Assembly: GCA_965644295.1 (NCBI GenBank)
Contig: CBFFRP010000133.1
Location: forward strand, 271,843 to 335,842
Origin: Paraphysomonas bandaiensis
Taxonomy: Eukaryota > Protista > Chrysophyceae
Direction of reading: 5' to 3'
Length of the DNA: 64,000 nt
Each line of letters opens with the position of its first letter. The stretch's first letter is position 1. Below are positions 60,961 to 64,000 of the stretch, piece after piece. The notes beneath the pieces were generated by a model. That model saw only the letters and a list, made by a program, of their open reading frames with translations. It made no database searches and was not told where the DNA came from. Both the position numbers and the translations under genes were made by a program.

Positions 60961-62755
60961 TGTTGAGATCTGAAGATTCTATATACTTGCAATTGAGTGC
61001 AGTATTATGTGAGATGCAAGGACCGAAAGATATATATGTAATTAGTACATTATATTATGTAGTATGAAACTGAAGTAGAAGTGGATGACTATACAGGATA
61101 CGATCACTGAGTGTGTGGTTTGTACACAATAGTAGTAAATGAATGGTGTTGAACACATCGAACACAACTTAGGTTCTTTATCATGTAATGTTTATAATTT
61201 CATCTTATCAGTTGAGAATAGTAAACCTTAGCAAATAATGTCAACTTCTGTTATGGTAGCGGATGGTAGTTGTAGGGATGGGGAAGATGACAAGAAGCTA
61301 CGGTTTGACAAGAACCAAGCAGACTATTCAGCGAGAAAAATCAAGATGCATCTAATGAAGAAAAACCGAAACCATCTTGGCTTGGAGGACCCGCCAGCCG
61401 GAGGAAGGAATTTAGAGTCATGGAGAGAGCGTAATGATACCTGTGTTAGTACTATTTGGGAGGCTTGCGAGCATGACCCTGATGTGTTGGAGGTAGCCAA
61501 TCAATATTTGGAGGGGAAGGCAATTTTACCTGCTGATGATCCTGCTAAGGAGGTGTTATCCAGTGAGCTCCTTCAGACACTGGTTGATAGGTTCAGAGGC
61601 GAGATTGGGACTGTATTGGAGAAGACTACGGCAGAATACCATTCGTTCAAAATAAGGCCGGGGGAAAAGGTGTCTGTTGGGGTAGATCGACTGAACGGTA
61701 TAATCCAGAAGCTCATAAAATTGGGACAACCGCAGACAGAGGCAAGTAAATTAGCAAAGATAAAAGCAGCGCTGCAGATAGAGGAATTACATGATTTATG
61801 GATGTCGGTAGCGATGATGCCTAAAGCAACAACTACATTTGATTCGGTGAAAGAGGCTTGTGAAGAGTATGACGAGGCTATGACGCAGCTGAAGAAACTA
61901 AAGGGAGACAAATCTGAAGAGATCAATTTTACGGCGTCGAAGGAGCCAGTGGTTTGTTCATTTTGTCGGAAGAAGGGACATGTAGCAGCGAATTGTTATG
62001 CTAAGGAACGACAAAGAAAAATGGATAAGTTCAAAAGAAAAGGGAAGACGAAGGAAAAGGCCTCGAAGAGTGTGCAGCAGCCAGGATCAAAGGACTATAC
62101 TGGTTGTCATATCTGTGGAGATTTTAGTCATAAAGCCCGACAGTGCAAGTCGAAAAAACGGAAGAACATAAAAAACCCGGATAATGAGAATCCTCGAAAA
62201 TCGAACAGGAAATTCGAGACAGAATGGAAGAAATACGTCAACGACGGAGAGTCGTCGGATGATGAAGCGAATATGTTTGGAGAAGAGGTTTTGCTATCGG
62301 TGGATACGTCGGAAGAACCTCGTGTATATCTGGACAGTTGTGCAAGTAAAAGACTGTTTATAGTAAAGGATAAAATTGCACTGGAGTCATTTACTCCTGA
62401 GTTTGGGGCAATCCAACTAACTAGAAAGGGTTCTCAATTGGAGACACAGGGGGCTGGTACATTCGGGGAATGGAGAGACATCAGAGTTAGTGAAGAAGCG
62501 GTGAAGAACATTGTGTCAGGAGGGATGCTGAGATCAATGGGATACGGATTACAACTGCTTCGAAAGCCTAAAATCGTGGAATTGGACTCTGGAAACGAGG
62601 TGTTGACTGGAGAGTACGATGAGCATGGAGGGATGCCGTATGTGGACTTGATGGAGGTGTTAAATCTGCCAAATGTGTCTATGTGCAATCAGATGGAGGA
62701 GGTAAATTTGTCGGATAATGCAGGACAAGATGCGTTGGATCGCTTACATGAACAA
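60961..62755 (+). mobile_element. Ty1/Copia LTR retrotransposon 5-prime part: LTR 60961-61253, PBS TGGTAGCGGA at 61254, gag-protease ORF, truncated before integrase
   Basis: LTR matches the solo LTR at 5567; ORF 61238-62809 has CCHC knuckles CSFCRKKGHVAANC and CHICGDFSHKARQC, protease YLDSCAS and the GAG-pre-integrase start LDRLHE. Confidence 0.9.
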
Positions 62756-62913
62756 CGTATGCTCAAGCAAAAAACAACACTGATCTACAACGTTTTAAAA
62801 AGATTTTAAGTGCACGCCAGCGGGCTGCTACACTGTTGAACTCACCAGCGGGTGATGTTCCTCAATCCAGACGCAAACCGCGAAAGAATTTAAATAAATC
62901 GTTATTTAAAACG

Positions 62914-64000
62914 TGTAATAGAAAAGTGAGTAACATGCTATACAACTCTACAGTAACACACACATACAACATCATGTTCAGCATTTCACTTCAGCACACA
63001 ACACACCAGATCAGAAGTATTTTATCCGGTACGTATGTACAGCCTCAACACTCCGTGTATACACTGAAAGAGTAGAAACTGAATATGTAACTGAAAACTG
63101 AAAATACAAAAACACTCTGTACGTGTTAGAGAGTACAACAGAAGAGTAACATATAATACTACTACCAACGCAGAAAATAACCAGTACTGCGTTACACTAC
63201 CCTCTTTCCCCCCAGCTGGAGAAATTAGATTGTGAATACAGACTGTGATTCATGTATGCAAATACTTAAATCAGCCATACTAGATAGCGTCATGCTAAGT
63301 ATAAACAAACAAAATCAGATTTAAACAGAAATTGAGAATAAACTAGATAGACAAGGTAGTATTATAATAGAAATAAAAGAATATTGCAAATATTATCATA
63401 TAATATAATAGAAGAATAAAACCTGTTTACAAGAGTATATCAGGGAAACTCTTGCAAAACTCCACATCAACAAGCACCATGGTAGACGGATTGAAGTCGA
63501 AGCATAGTCCATAGCAGTAAACATCATAGGCACTCCACTCATAAGTAGTGTCAAATAGTGGACAGTATAAGTCTATTCGTAGACGACGTTTGCCTGCCCA
63601 TCGTTTATAACGGCATAATACTACATAATTTGTGAAATAACAATCCGGTAAAGCCAATGCATCGTAAAAATCTGCTCCCCAAGCTCGTAGGTTGATGTAC
63701 ACCTCTTGGCCTGGTTGAACTCCATCAATCTGCTGTTTCCGCATTCGTAGTCGTTGTTCCTTAGCTTCCTTAGCAGAAAACAAAAGTGGAAATAACGCAG
63801 GAACGTCTTTACAATACTGCTGAAAAGCCCGTGCTGTTGCAAGATCGGAATTGTATGGAATCCACACTTGTGAATCATCACTAAATAAAACGAGAAAATC
63901 CATAGTAGATCTCTTTTCAGGATCTCCCCGATAAGCCACAATCTTTCGCACTTCATACTGGTTATAGTCTACTAAAGCAATGCGAAATGCCTCATCATGA
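62914..64000 (-). mobile_element. Chromodomain-bearing Ty3/Gypsy 3-prime end: integrase C-terminus (to 63427), PPT 63197-63213, probable 3-prime LTR 62914-63196
   Basis: YEVRKIVAYRGDPEKRSTMDFLVLFSDDSQVWIPY chromo-like segment; PPT GGGGGGAAAGAGGGTAG directly followed by TGTAA; candidate LTR ends TTACA. Confidence 0.75.

Overview
Eukaryotic nuclear DNA (standard code, many short ~45-60 nt GT-AG introns, moderately AT-rich). Gene and transposon content suggest a protist, most plausibly a stramenopile; this is inference only. About 12 host genes lie in 2-55 kb, ten of them in five head-to-head pairs: class I SAM methyltransferase / cAMP-receptor-like 7TM protein; SPX-EXS phosphate exporter / internally repeated putative Ig-fold protein; PAN3 / SulP-STAS transporter; Pol-beta nucleotidyltransferase-TM-Ig protein / TPR protein; EF-hand-DUSP USP deubiquitinase / PAC2. 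A DUF2828-vWA gene and a NEF1-like membrane protein gene are unpaired. Intergenic DNA carries a ~0.5 kb dispersed repeat (6 copies), a 151-152 bp MITE with 2-bp TSDs (3 copies, all upstream of genes), hAT and other TIR elements, and Copia LTRs with TG...TA ends. Both window ends are retroelement-rich (Gypsy integrase; LINE with RNase H, Copia gag-protease, chromodomain Gypsy). The strongest candidate for a new system is the gene at 25372-29202 (-): an apparently intact PAP/OAS1-like nucleotidyltransferase joined, through a long disordered linker and one transmembrane helix, to Ig-like domains, i.e. a receptor-like nucleotidyltransferase. The second is a gene built from near-identical 1124-bp units whose differences cluster in a short hypervariable patch. 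Gene models were read by eye; no database searches were run.
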